A program made the position numbers and the translations under genes. Below, one piece after another: positions 63,706 through 64,000 of a stretch of DNA of 64,000 bases (positions within the stretch are counted from its first letter, which is position 1; each line of letters starts with the position of its first letter). Source of the stretch: an uncultured Acidobacteriota bacterium (lineage in GTDB: Bacteria > Acidobacteriota > UBA6911); contig CAWEJX010000020.1 in the NCBI GenBank assembly GCA_963809485.1, positions 1,300,234-1,364,233 on the forward strand, given 5' to 3'. Below the pieces are notes generated by a model that had not been told where the DNA came from, made no database searches, and saw only the letters and a program-made list of their open reading frames with translations.

Positions 63706-64000
63706 ATGGCTCAGATAAAAATTAGTGCTTTACCGAACATTACAACTCCGAACACGCCGGTGATTTTCAATCCGGAGCACTGTAAAGGATGCAACACCTG
63801 TGTGAATGTGTGCCAGGTCGACGTGTTTATTCCGAATCCCGACAAGGGAAATCCGCCAATCATTTTGCATCCCGATGAGTGCTGGTACTGCGGGTGTTGT
63901 GTCATTGACTGCCCGAATCCAGGAGCTATTTCTTTCAATTGGCCGCTGCAGCAGAGAGGGTCGTGGAAAGACAAAATTACAGGCAAATTTTTGCGGGATA
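63706..64000 (+). CDS. AprB-like 2x[4Fe-4S] ferredoxin, runs off the window end (absent from the ORF track)
   Basis: Translated by hand: CKGCNTCVNVCQ...PDECWYCGCCVIDCP..GAI. Confidence 0.88.
   Translation, partial: MAQIKISALPNITTPNTPVIFNPEHCKGCNTCVNVCQVDVFIPNPDKGNPPIILHPDECWYCGCCVIDCPNPGAISFNWPLQQRGSWKDKITGKFLRD

Overview
A 64-kb accessory region from a bacterium with no core housekeeping genes in the window. Several protein families point to an anaerobic Acidobacteriota member (inference). Layout: (1) 0-8 kb: a stress/envelope block with an LPETA-motif protein, a VWA protein, a class D-like sortase, a LolA-like protein, dodecin, CsbD and a beta/gamma-crystallin repeat protein. Three promoters here share an identical architecture, and a small transposase-less IS200-like element carries a four-way-junction structure. 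(2) 8-12 kb: an intact IS4 with a 10-bp target duplication, a truncated IS1380-like element and decayed gene remnants. (3) 12-23 kb: flavoproteins (AprA-like, FAD oxidoreductase, double FMN-binding reductase plus ApbE) and a Schlafen/AlbA_2 protein. (4) 23.7-43.9 kb: an island-like segment starting at a tRNA-Arg 3' fragment with xis/alpA, followed by degQ plus a two-component system, mgtA, split mprF, acvB and a psrABC-yeeE-yeeE-rhodanese operon. (5) 44-64 kb: after a tRNA(CAT) 3' fragment, a catabolic cluster of unknown function with two UGSC-family-like genes, two DapA-like aldolases, a metallohydrolase, several secreted esterases and a second AprA/AprB-like pair. From about 37 to 61 kb most genes are broken by small indels, which most likely reflects consensus sequencing error. 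All family assignments come from motif recognition by eye; no database searches were run.
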